Positions 14,226-26,140 of a stretch of 64,000 bases of DNA are shown piece after piece; the stretch's first letter is position 1; the number at the start of each line of letters is the position of its first letter. The position numbers and the translations under genes are program-made. Origin of the DNA: Lama glama (Eukaryota); assembly GCA_028534125.1 (NCBI GenBank), contig CM052816.1, positions 61,506,001-61,570,000 on the forward strand, written 5' to 3'. Under the pieces are notes generated by a model that saw only the letters and a program-made list of their open reading frames with translations, searched no databases and was not told the DNA's origin.

Positions 14226-15819
14226 TACAGGATATAATTAATCAATAATTTAAGTGCAACTGGAGCTTAAAAGAGAGACCACCAGAAGAATCAGAAGAAA
14301 ATTCTTCCTGGATGAGATGAATCTTAGATAGGAACATAGTACTGTCAAGATAGCACGGTCAGATCATTTAGAGCCGTATAGGCAGTGATATGTCATGGGT
14401 TTTTTTTGTGAGTGTAATATTACCATTATGCTTATTTGAAATACAGTACTTGTCATCTGGGAATGGCAATGTTACCCTTTTTTTTCTTTTAACTGAAAGA
14501 GGAATCAAGATAAGAGATCTTAAATTTCATATATACCCAAGAAAATAATGAGAAAATAGAGATTATATATATGCCTGGAGATACCCTGCAAATTTTTTTT
14601 GGCTAAGAAAAACCATTAATGATTCCCTGTGATTATTGAATATTCTGTTTTATATTGAAATGTATTTGTATCATTGTCATCTAATCTGTTCTAAATTTCT
14701 TTTAATCATGGAATGTGTTTTAATCAAACTTGTGTAGAATAGAATTTTTTTCATTAAGTTTTTTTAACATCAAAATAATGTATTATTATGGTAATAAACA
14801 ATAGTGTCTTGCCCCATTCTTTGTCAGCTATTATTTCTGGGAGTTAGTACTCTATCTATGAATAATATGATTTCTATGACAATTTTTGATTTGTCAATTT
14901 TATATACTTTTTGCTTCTTTTACAGATAATAATTTCACTGATTCAAACCACTGACTGTATGCCCATCTTCTTAATATAGTTAATCATTTTTAATTCCTCT
15001 TTTGGTTACCATTTTCACTTTAAACAATGAATTAACCTTTATTTCTTATTTTATCAGTTATAAACATCTTTTGCTTCTGCACTTTGTAGAGGACAATATT
15101 TGTGTTCACTTAATATTTTTTAAAGTTGACTAGAAGCTTTGTTCAGATGGAGTACAGAACATCATGATTACTTTTCTTCTCCATGGCAGTTAAGCACTGA
15201 TCTTTATCTTTCATCTCTTAAGTACACTTACTCTTGAATAGTATTTAATATATAATTCATGTCTTTGTGATAGCAATAAGTGACTTGCTGGACTTTATAT
15301 ATACTTCCATGTTAATAAGTTCCTAATCAGTGGAAACCACGTCAATTTAATTTTCTTGGTATTTTATCTGATGTAGCTCCACAGATAATAAGGTCATTAT
15401 GAAAATACCTTTTTTGATAAACTTGTTCAAACAAATCTTTTTCAGTTAATGACAGAATAGAAGGCCTAGTGGAGCAAGGTAACCCAATAGTTATAATGTA
15501 TTGTGATCCTGCAAGCTTTTCATTGTTTTCTGCAAAAGAAACTGGTCAATATATTGGGAAATTTTTAATCTAGCTTTTTGAAATTATGGTAGCATTTTGG
15601 TTTTTCTGATCTTCTACCCACTAGCCTCTGAGACAGTGAGTGTTGGGCTGAAGGTGATGGAGCAAATTTGACAAGGCCTCCATAATCATATTTCTTCAAA
15701 GGATGATGAATTTTGGCATGTTGGTTTTTTTAAGAACACTTAAATTCCAATTATAGACTTGTGATGGTTAGGTGTTCTAATATTCTCAATAAATTATTGA
15801 CAATTAAAATTAGAGCAAA

Positions 15820-16158
15820 AAAATAAAAAAAAACAAACAAACAAAAACAAAGCATAAATACAGGACAGAAATAGACTCATGGACAGAGAATACAGACTTG
15901 TGGTTACCAGGAGGGTAGAGGGTGGGAAGGGATAGACTGGGATTTCAAAATTGTAGAATAGATAAACAAGATTACACTGTATAGCACAGGGAAATATACA
16001 CAAAATGTTATGATAAATCACATAGAAAAAAATGTGACAATGAGTGTGTATATGTCCATGAATGACTGAAAAATTGTGCTGAACACTGGAATTTGACACA
16101 ACATTGTAAAATGATTATAAATCAATAAAAAATGTTAAAAAATAAAGTAAAATAAAAT
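15820..16158 (+). mobile_element. Young, short 5'-truncated LINE-1 3'UTR
   Basis: L1 3'UTR with AATAAA and an A-rich tail. Perfect TSD aaaattagagcaaa (15806-15819 / 16159-16172) at a TT/AAAA endonuclease site. Confidence 0.92.
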
Positions 16159-16399
16159 AAAATTAGAGCAAATATGGTAAGAGACATCAGTATCTTATAT
16201 CACAGTATAAAGTGGTGTTAGACTAAATAATTTAGCAAATTGGAATATTGGTTAGAAACTAGGATAATGAAATATTGTAGGGAACAAATATAAAGCAATA
16301 TGGATAAAGAGGAAAAATAGCATAAACTCCAGAGGATGAGTAACTGACTATATTTAAGTTGAAAAGCCCCTTAGTAGTAAAGGCATATAGTATTATTAT

Positions 16400-16850
16400 G
16401 GGTTAACATTGTAGTGCCGTGGTTAAAGCAAGCACAATACAAGGTCACATAAGTAATAATCAAAAATGTAGGAAACTTGAGATTATTTTCCCATTGTACT
16501 TGCTACTGGTCAGACCCTTATGAGAGCATTGTTTCTAGTTCTGGGCTCTACCACTAAAGAAGGACATGGAGAACTTGGAGAAAGTTCAGAGGAGTACCAC
16601 AGAGATGATTAAAGGGTTGAAAAAGAAACCTAAAAGAAAAATGTTAAAGTAGCAGGGATTATTATTATTCCAGAGAAGAATTAGAGGTATTTAATTTATG
16701 TGTAAAAGATGGAGAACAGATGTTCTCAATCTTCACTGAAGGTTAAGCAAAAAGAAATCAATTTACCCTGTGGCATGAATAATTTAGATTAGATATGAGG
16801 AAAATTTTACACGTAGAATGTTAGAATAAGTGACTTTGGGACATACGAAA
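16400..16850 (+). mobile_element. Ancient CR1/L3 LINE fragment
   Basis: ctggtcagaccc..gagcattgtttctagttctgggctctaccac..aagaaggacatggagaacttggagaaagttcagaggagtaccacagagatgattaaagggttg matches the CR1 ORF2 C-terminal region (LVRPHLEYCVQFW..KKD..KLE.VQRRATKMI.GL). Confidence 0.75.
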
Positions 16851-18599
16851 TCTTCTGCAACTGTAGATTCTTGCTGATTACATCAGGCTGCTCAAAGGGC
16901 ATTTCAGGCATTTATTACCCTAGTAGCTCATTAGGTAAACCTACGTATTTTTCATTCTTTTTTTTTCTGACTGAGAAAAACTAACAGTTAATGGAGAAAT
17001 TCTGACGTATCAGTTCTTAAGGAAAATTTGTCTACTTGACTTGATAGAGGTAATGTAATTAAAATTGTAGTCAGTTCTATTAATAAGACAGTATAATATG
17101 ATGTTCCTATAAATAAGAAGGGTAATCAATATGACCTTTTTCCCCACTTTCTTTAACTAGACCATGCTTTAGAAGACACATGGCAGTTGTTCATTATTCA
17201 TTGGTTTGATGGTAAATATCAATAAAAGAGAAATGATTAGGTTGAAGTTTAATTATATTTCTATTTTATATTTAACTTTTATATATATACTCACAAATGA
17301 TAAAGTGCTTGATGGTGGTTTCTCAGAGTCGTCCTTTCATATGCATTTTTAAAACACAGTCAGGCTTTTAAAGTCAATGTTGTTAAACAGTTTGCTGACT
17401 GACCATAAATAAAAAATTATTTACCTTTACAAATCAACTACTAAAGTACTGACAAGCAGAACTAGACTATTGGTTGCTTGTGGCTAGATTTTAAGATCCA
17501 TATACTAACAATAGAAAAATTCTTCTCCCTATTGAGCAATGCTTTACATGTATATTATGCTTTTCCTTTTTTTGCTTTAAATAGCTTCTTTGGTTTTGAG
17601 GTTTTTGAGGAAGAAGACAAAATAAGCTGTGTACTTTACTTTAAGGCAAAGAGCTGTTGTGGTCTACCATGTTCTGTAAGACTGAAAAGATGTTATAGTA
17701 ACAATTTAGAAAGAAAAAAATTTTAAATGTAGTAAATTGTAAAGTTATTTGTATTAACCATCCTTATATATAAATAATATAAAATGAACTCATCAGTTTT
17801 TATTGTTTCTAAAGCATTTCCATTTTATGTTGATGTCAAATATCATTTTTTCTTAGTATTGAAGGAAGTTGTAGTTTTTTTAATACGTAGGTAATTTGTT
17901 TTCTAAGCAAAGAGCAACCTGTTAATTATTTTATTTTTAGAAAACCAACCTTTTATTTATTTAACAATTTTATCCATTTTTGTTCTAGGTGTAATGGTTG
18001 TAAGTATTTTAATATTAAAAGTATGTAATATGTTTCTTTATGTAGCTGTGAAGGAATATTGAGATTCTTGTTATTTACTCCCTAAAGAAGAAACTATATA
18101 TCTCAGGGTGGCATTTATTAGTTGGGTGAATTTAGTATACTCTAGAACCTGGCCCTAACCTTACAGATTAAAAAATCTGATTTTTGTCAGCATGGAAATC
18201 CACTTTTAAAGATATACTCACAATTACCCAAACTCTTAAAACTGATCTATATGAAATCAAAATGCCCCATTCATTGTAACTTACAGGGAGAAATATGACT
18301 GACAATACACTAAAGTCCATTAAGTTAACATAATCAGTGCTTTTCTTCCTTGTGACTAAACCACATGAAAAGCTTAATCATAATCTGAAGACCATTTAGG
18401 ATTTTACAATGAGAAATATAAGTATTCTAAAGGTAAGAAGCCCATAAAACTCTCATAGTCACTGTCTTCTGTTCTGTATTCTCTCTCTCTCTCTGTTTGT
18501 TTGAATGTTTGGGGGGTGATGGACAGACTACATTATATCTCTACTTATGTTAGTATTTGGGAGGAAAATGACATTATTTATATAAGTAACAGTGGTACA

Positions 18600-19160
18600 A
18601 AACAAAGTGTGAAACCCAAGAATGCTGTAATAATTACAAAAGGGATAGGTCACTTCAGGCATAATGAAGGATGAGGTATTTGAACTGGGGCTAAAGGTTG
18701 TCTCCAATTTCACAGTAGAAATGGGGAGGATATTTCATGATCAAAGTGTGGGGTGTAAGAAAGTTCAGGGCATTTTTAGAGAGTAATGAGTATCTAGTCA
18801 GATTTGGCTAGAGTAAAACACGTATGTGGGGAGAAGTAAAAGATAATTCCAGTAAGGTAAATTGAGATTTTTGAGGGGTCTTGAACTCCAAGCTAATGTG
18901 TTTAGATTTTTGGAGACAGTTGTATTTCTGAGTGGGTGAATAGCAAGAACACATCTATGCTTTGGTGATAATATATGAGAGTTGGATAAAAGATACTTGC
19001 ATTCATCCCAACAGGAGATACTTAAGGATGTAAGCTAGGAGTTATAAGTAGAATTAGAACTGACAGGATGAATGCAGCTACACTGGGAAAAGGTTATCCA
19101 GTTCATGTGAAAGAAGAAAAAAAAGGAGGGCACAAAAATAATTCTAAAGTGACCAAAGTT
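18600..19160 (-). mobile_element. L2 LINE fragment
   Basis: Purine-rich degenerate antisense L2 motifs (tttgaactggggctaaagg; ggtcttgaactccaagctaa..tttagatttt). Confidence 0.55.
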
Positions 19161-19484
19161 GAGTCCAATAAATTGTACTCCAGTGGTGTAAAAGAGTGAA
19201 AAACACTTTCTCTTCCTGGTGATGCCTGACTAAACCTTTATGATCTTAGAAAAGTCCTAAGCTTCTTCAGATAAGGGGTATGTTAGTCTTGTCCTTGTTT
19301 TTCCTTACCCTGTCACATGGTAAGCTCTCAGTAAATATTTGTTGAAAAAAATTTTTAATTTTCTAATTTGTTAATATGAGAGAATCCTTTAGCAGATAGA
19401 TTTTTAAGGAATCAAACTTATTCCATTATCTACTTACCAAGGCAACACTATGTTAAATGTACCTTTAAAAAATTTCTGTTTCCC

Positions 19485-20606
19485 AGGTGATAGAAATAAA
19501 AGCAAAAATAAACAAATGGGACTTAATTAAACTTACAAACTTTTGCACAGCATAGGAATCCATAAGCAAAACAAAACAACAATCTACAGAATGGGAGAAA
19601 ATATTTGCAAATGATGTGACTGACAAAGGTTTAACTTTCAGAATATATAAATAGCTCATACAACTTAATAACAAACAACACAATACAGGAGATGGGCAGA
19701 AAACCAAAACAAGCAATTCTCCAATGAAGACATACAAATGGTCAATTGAAAAAAATGCTCAATATTGCTAATTATCAGAGAAATGCAAATCAAAATTACA
19801 ATGAAGTTTCACCTCACACCAGTCAGAATGGCTATCATTTAAAGGTCCACAAACCATAAATGCTGGAGAGGGGAACCCTCTTACACTGTTGGTGGGAGTG
19901 CAGTTTCGAGCAGCCATTATGAAAAACAGTATGGAGATTCCTCAAAAAACTAAAGTTAGACTTACCATATGATCCAGCAATCCCACTGCATATATCCAGA
20001 AAGAACTCTTAATTGGAAAAGATATTTGCACCCCAATGTTCATAGCAGCACTATATACGATAGCCAAGGCATGGAAACAACCTAAATGTTCACTGACTGA
20101 TGGCTGGATAAAGAAGATGTGGTATATTTATACAATGGAATACTACTCAACCATAAAAAGAATAAACTAATGTCATTTGCAGGAATATGGTTGGACCTGG
20201 AGATAGTCATTCTAAGTGAAGTAAGCCAGAAAGAGAAAGAAAAATAGCATATGCTATCACTCATATGTGGAATCTAAAAAAAAAAGAAAGAAAAAAAGAA
20301 AAAAGATATTAATGAACTTATCTACAAAACAGAAACAGATTCACTGACATAGTAAACAAATTTCTGGTTGCCAAGGGGAAAGAGAGTGGGAAGGGATAAA
20401 TTGGGAGTTTGAGATTTGCAAATACTAACTACTATATATAAAATAGATGAACAATAAATTTTTTCTGTATAGCACAGGGAACTATATTCAATATCTTGTA
20501 GTAACCTCTAATCAAAAAGAGTATGGAAATGAATATATGTATGGTTTATATATGACTGAAACATTATGCTGTACACCAGAAACTGACACACTGTAACTGA
20601 CAAAAG
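19485..20606 (+). mobile_element. 5'-truncated LINE-1 (ORF2 C-terminus plus 3'UTR), sense to the host gene
   Basis: aaaataaacaaatgggacttaattaaact.. (KINKWDLIKL) through the 3'UTR. Probable TSD tttctgtttccc (19473-19484) / tttctgcttccc (20613-20624). Confidence 0.9.
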
Positions 20607-20764
20607 AAGTTTTTTCTGCTTCCCTGACACAAACACACAAGAACTTCATTATTTAACTTTGTTTCGACCCCTTAAAATAACTTTCTTCTTAACTGGTGAC
20701 AAGGGTATTGGGAAATGGGCTTGTGGAAGCATAAACTGATATGACTTTTCTAGAGGGCATTAAT

Positions 20765-21190
20765 TGTATAAACACTAAATACTTACTGTGCTCCAAGCAT
20801 TGTGCTGAGTTCTGGGATACAGTAGTGAGCAAAACAGCCCAGTCCCTAATCTCAAAGAATTTGCAGTCTAGTGGGAAAGACACTTACATGAAAGTACCAG
20901 TCTGGTAAGAGCTATGAAGGAAAATTTTAGGGAGTTTGACAAGTATTTATTAGGGGAACCTCATCTACTCAGGGAAGGCTTCCTTGAGGAAGTACATTGA
21001 CTAGGAATATGTAAGATTAGTAAGAGTAACTTAGCAAAAAGAGTAAGGTCAGTAAAGTATTTTAGAAGACGGAAGAGCAAGATCAAAGTTCATGAAATGA
21101 GAGGAAACCAAAAGAAGGCTAATATGACTTGAGATTGCAAAGAGGTGGAAATAAGGCTAGAGGAGTGGGCAGGGCCGAGATCATGACCAT
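20765..21190 (-). mobile_element. L2 LINE 3' fragment
   Basis: tacttactgtgctccaagcattgtgctgagttctgggatacagtagtgagcaaaacag..tgcagtctagtggg is the antisense L2 3' end. Confidence 0.8.
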
Positions 21191-21306
21191 CTGAATAATA
21201 ATCCTTAAATGTGTTTCGTTTCTAGGAATTTATGAGAAAATGGTCAGACAAACGTGTAAAAATTTAGTGATGTTCATTGTGATTAAGTTTCTATCAGTGA
21301 AAACCT

Positions 21307-21853
21307 AGAGTCTCAGTCATATCTGATTTAGATTATATTCAGGTAAGACTCTGGGCTTTAGAGTTGATACTGGAATGAAGTAAGACTATTGAGGCTATTG
21401 GGATGGAACAAATGTATTTTGTACATGAGAACGACATGAATTTGGAGGGTAGGAGTGAAATGTCATGGACTTAATGTTTGTCTCCCCCACCTCCAATTCC
21501 AATGTTGAACATCCCCAATGTGGTGGTATCTGGAGGTGGGGTCTTCGGGAAGTAATTAGGTTTAGATGAAGTCATGAGTGTAGAGTCCTCATGATGGGAT
21601 TAGTGCCCTTATAAGAAGAGGAAGAGACACCAGAGCTTTCTCTTTTCATGATCAAGCACCAATGAAAGACCGTGTGTGTGCCCACAAGGAGAAGGCAGCT
21701 CTCCATATGCCAGGAAGTGAGCACTCACTAGACACTGAACATGTGACCACCTTGATCTTGGAATTCCCAGCCTCCAGACTTATGAGAAGTAAACATCTGT
21801 CATTTAAGCCATCTAGTCTGTAGTTTTCTGTTATAGCAGCCCCAGCTAAGACA
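21307..21853 (+). mobile_element. MaLR element: 3' end of MLT1 internal region plus complete MLT1A-type LTR (21461-21853)
   Basis: LTR starts tgtcatggacttaatgtttg and ends ttatagcagccccagctaagaca (TG...CA). Contains gggattagtgcccttataagaagag and ccagcctccaga. Preceded by purine tract ggagggtaggagtgaaa and MLT-int-like sequence. Confidence 0.88.
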
Positions 21854-23933
21854 GGTCATTTTATAATCTTTTTCATTTATCATAAAGAGCAGTATATATT
21901 CTCACATATATTGGGTTAAAATAATTTTTCTCTTCGTTATTTTATTACAGTTGTCTTTAGAGGTGAAGTCAGTTTTAAAATGCTGCTACCTCAGGACATG
22001 TAAAGAAAGCAGGAAAGTGCTGGGTCACTATCATTTGGCTTTTGCCACCACATCTAAGAGATCAAAATGGAACAGCATAGTACATAGGACATTCTGTTTG
22101 GAAGTTAGTCTATGACTTAGTGTTAAACAAATGAGACTCAAAGTTTAGATTTTGGTTCATTCCATTTTCAAAACTAAATCATTGAAAGGAATGCTTCTTT
22201 GCAGTGATTGTTTCTCTTACATAAGAATGGAATGGATGAAGAATGGAATGAAAAGATTTTAAGAACCCATGTAGGTATTTCATCATTGTAAGGTGGTGCT
22301 ATATGTTGCAGGCCTTAAAATGGAATTTAATCATGTGGTTTGGTCAGTTTCTCCTGATAGCCACACCTATCCAAAAATGATTAGGAGATTAAAGAGTTGA
22401 AAGTACCCACCACAGAAAAGTATACCAGAGTTATAGTAACTGATATTTAACCAACTGTGGTTTCGATCTTGCTCAATCAATTCAACTTACGAATTTAGTG
22501 TAAGGAAATGACGTGTATGCATTCATCTACTCATCCAAAAGGAACCCTGACTTCCCTTAGGTATCTAACTTTATGTCAATTTCCTATGATCACATTTCTT
22601 AGCTCTTTTCCTTCTGTCCTAAGCCCTTTATTATTCTTTCATGAAAAGAACACAAAGAAAAAAGCACCACAATGATAAGGTAATGTTTATCTATCCAAAT
22701 TCAGAATCCAGAGAACTTTTTCTAATAATATTTCAGCTTTTCTCTCACTACTTGTACTCCTTAGCCTTGCCTGTGGCTTAGACCAAAGGCTGAAGTTTAG
22801 GGGCTCCTGCCACAACTGGTTTGGTCAAGAGTTAGCAGAGATTGATTTGTTTGAAGGGTGCTGAAAGTGGGTAAAGGAGAACTCCTTCTCCTTGGTTTCT
22901 TTCTTCAATTTGTGTGACAGAAAGATAAGTCCTAAAAGTACACTGATTATACCTCTGGGTTAAAGCAAGATTCCTGCAGTTTTTTTCCTTTGCAGTTTTC
23001 CCTGAAATGGCTCAGGTTTGGAGGAAAATAAGGCAAAACCATAGTATGTTAGAGAAGAGTTGACAGAGTATAGAGTGAATTTGATGTGAGGTAAAAATGA
23101 GAAAGGAGAAAGGGTGCAATGTGAAGATTCTTATGGCATAATGTTGAAAAATGATGTTTAAAGGTAACATGTGAAAAGACTGAGGGATATATATTTAGAA
23201 GCTGAAATGAGCTGGTTCATACTTGGCCTAATTTGAGAAGTCATGGTTTAAGTGTAGCATAGCTTGAATTAGATAACTCCTCAAGACCCATCGTCTGTTT
23301 CATGGGACCGACAGCAAAGAGATTGTCAGAAAGGAAAGAATCAGGAATTTATGCATGAAAAGGAAGGAAGAATAGTTATGAAATAACACAAAAAAAGACA
23401 TTTAAAAGGTAAAATGTGAAGGACGAAGTTTACAAAAATATGGAGGTAACGGAATTAAAACAATTTTTAATTTTGAAAATTACCTCAAATGATTACCTTC
23501 ACTCATACTGAGCATTTTGTTATGTACAGGTTACACAGTGTTGAGCAAGCACACACAATCAAGGTGTGGGAAAACATTTGTATTTATCAATTCCGTGTTG
23601 AAGTGGAAATTCAATATAGTTGAAGAAGTTTACCTTGAATAGAAACTTAGGCTTTTCAAATTTATCATTCCCAATTTTGATACAAACGTGATTCTATATT
23701 ATGTAATTCATGGATAAGACTGTGTAAAGTTTTTAATCCATGGCTGAAGTCTTCCTTCTCCTCACAATTACAATAATATCCGAAAGAAGAGAGATCTTTT
23801 AGAAGTATGTATCATAGTGTATATAGCTACATGTAAATTATTTTTTCTTATTACTGTATCACCTCTTCCTTCCATCAATTAGGAAATTTTATTGTTTCAA
23901 GTAGATCTAAGCTAATATGATGAGACATACTCT

Positions 23934-24045
23934 TTAATTAGGTTTGTTTGTTTGTTTGTCTGTTTATTAAATGGAGATACTGAGGATTGAACCCAGGACC
24001 TTATGCAGGCTAAGCATGCACTCTACCACTAAGCTATACCCTCCC
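23934..24045 (-). mobile_element. tRNA-Ala-derived SINE (vic-1 type)
   Basis: ggattgaacccaggaccttatgcaggctaagcatgcactctaccactaagctataccctccc with a (TTTG)n tail. Confidence 0.88.
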
Positions 24046-24839
24046 AGCATTGTTATCAGTTATAATGAAGGGAAGCTTTATATCAAATTTCATTAAGCAT
24101 ACAAATGTTTATTTAAAAAAAACAGGAAGCACAAAGTAGTTTATGCTCCTTATTTTATAAGCTTGATAACATTCCAACTGCTATTTCAGTGCTCTGACAA
24201 TACTTTGCATGAAAAATGCACTCCGTATGTATGTGAACATATTTTAGGGACAGACTTCTGTCCTTATAGTCGTCATCTGGCACCATGATCCTTCAAACCA
24301 ATGAGTGGACAAAGAAGACATATCTCTGATGCTTTACCTAAGTGTGTAGCCTACAAAGTTTGCTGGATTCTTTTAAGTATTCATGCAGAGTAGTGGAGTG
24401 CTTCTGAAATCTTTTGGCCAGTCTACAGATCTGGAACATCACTAACTTTTTTCTTTAATGAAAAACACATTTTCAACATTCATCAAACGTTAATTAGGCT
24501 AATTATCAATTATCTTTTCTGTTGATCATCACAGACTGGCATAGATGAAACGCTTTCTGATTAAATGTTGGCTATACAGAAATCATTATATTCTTCCTAT
24601 TCTCCTACCTTTTCCTCAGATACCCAGTTATCCTCCCAGGTTTTTATCTGTATATAAACTAAATCTGTATACACATTGATGTAAACATACTTAAAAAAAC
24701 TTTCCTACTATGCAAACATATTTTCTAGTTTCTTTTGCCTATAGAAAAAAACAAATCTGGTTTGGTATTTAAGATACCAAATTCTGAATTCATATTTTGA
24801 TATTTTGTCCTGTACATTCAATGTTTCAGCCTCTTTGAA

Positions 24840-25060
24840 CTTTCCATGGTTCCCTGTATTTACCATATTCTTTCTACACTCTATTTCTTTGATCTTTCTG
24901 TTCTGCCTAGAATGCCTTTACTTTTGTGTTTTCTCTGGCTAAGTCTTTAAAATCTGTTTCAGATGTTATGTACTATACGAACCTGTTTCCTCATTTTCTA
25001 TTGTGGAGTCATTCCTCTGTATTTCCATAGTATTTGATATATAACTTGACTATGGCAGTA
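24840..25060 (+). mobile_element. L2 fragment, probably continued at about 26200-26335 beyond the L1 insertion
   Basis: ttctgcctagaatgccttt..aaatctgtttcagatgtta is L2-like. The L2 terminus cctgggcatgataggtgctcagtaaat..gaatgaatg lies at 26288-26335. Confidence 0.55.
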
Positions 25061-25121
25061 ATCATAATTATAATAGCTAACAAGTGTTGAATCTATTGTG
25101 TGTAAGTTTAACTGTTAAAAA

Positions 25122-26140
25122 ATTTTTTATTGAAATGTTTAGTTGATTTTCAGTGTTAGTTTCAGATGTACAGCAAAGTGATTCAGTTATACACATATAT
25201 ACATATGTATCTTTTCAGATTCTTTTCCATTATATGTTATTATAAGAAATTGAATGTACTTCCCTGTACTATAGAGTAGGTCCTTGTTGTTTATCTACTT
25301 TACTTTTAGTAATGTGTGTCTGTTAATCCCCAACCACTAATTTATCCCTTTCCGCCCTTTCTGTATTGGTAACCATAGTTTATTTCCCATGTCCGTAAGT
25401 CTGTTTTTGGTTTATAAGTAAAATTTGTATTTTTTTTTTAAGATTCCACATGTAAGTGATATCATATGATGTTTGTCTTTCTCATTTGTCTGACTTACTT
25501 CACTCAATATGGTAATCTCTAGGTCCATCCATGTTGCTGTGGATGTTTATATTTCATTCATTATTTTTATTTATTTATTTATTTATTTTTAACAATATAG
25601 CATTTTTTATTTCAGTCATTATTATGGCTGAGTAATACTCCATTGTATATATAAACCACATCTTCTTTATCCAGTCATCTATTGATGGACACTTAGGTTG
25701 CTTTCATGCTTTGGCTATTGTAAATAGAGCTGCTATAAACATTGAGGTGCATATGTCTTTTCAAATTATAGTTTTCTCCAGATATATGCCCAGGAGTGGG
25801 ATTGCTGGATCATATGGTAAGTCTATTTTTAGTTTTTAAAGGAACCTCCGTACTGTCCTCCATAGTGACTGCACCAATTTACATTCCTACAAATAGTGTA
25901 GGAGGGTTCCTTTTTCTCCACACCTTCTTTAGCATTTATTATTTGTAGACTTTTTATAGATGGCCATTCTGGCTGGTGTGAGATGATACCTCATTGTAGT
26001 TTTGATTTAAATTTCTCTAATAATTAGCACTATTGAGCATCTTTTCATGTGCCTGTTGGCCATCTGGATGTCTTCTTCGTAGAAATGTCTATTTAGGTCT
26101 TCTGCCCATTTTTGGATTGGGCTGTTTGGTTTTATGATAT
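25122..26140 (-). mobile_element. 5'-truncated LINE-1 3' end
   Basis: Antisense L1 3'UTR and ORF2 end (agattccacatgtaagtgatatcatatg; cccaggagtgggattgctggatcatatggta; gagcatcttttcatgtgcctgttggccatc). Confidence 0.92.
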
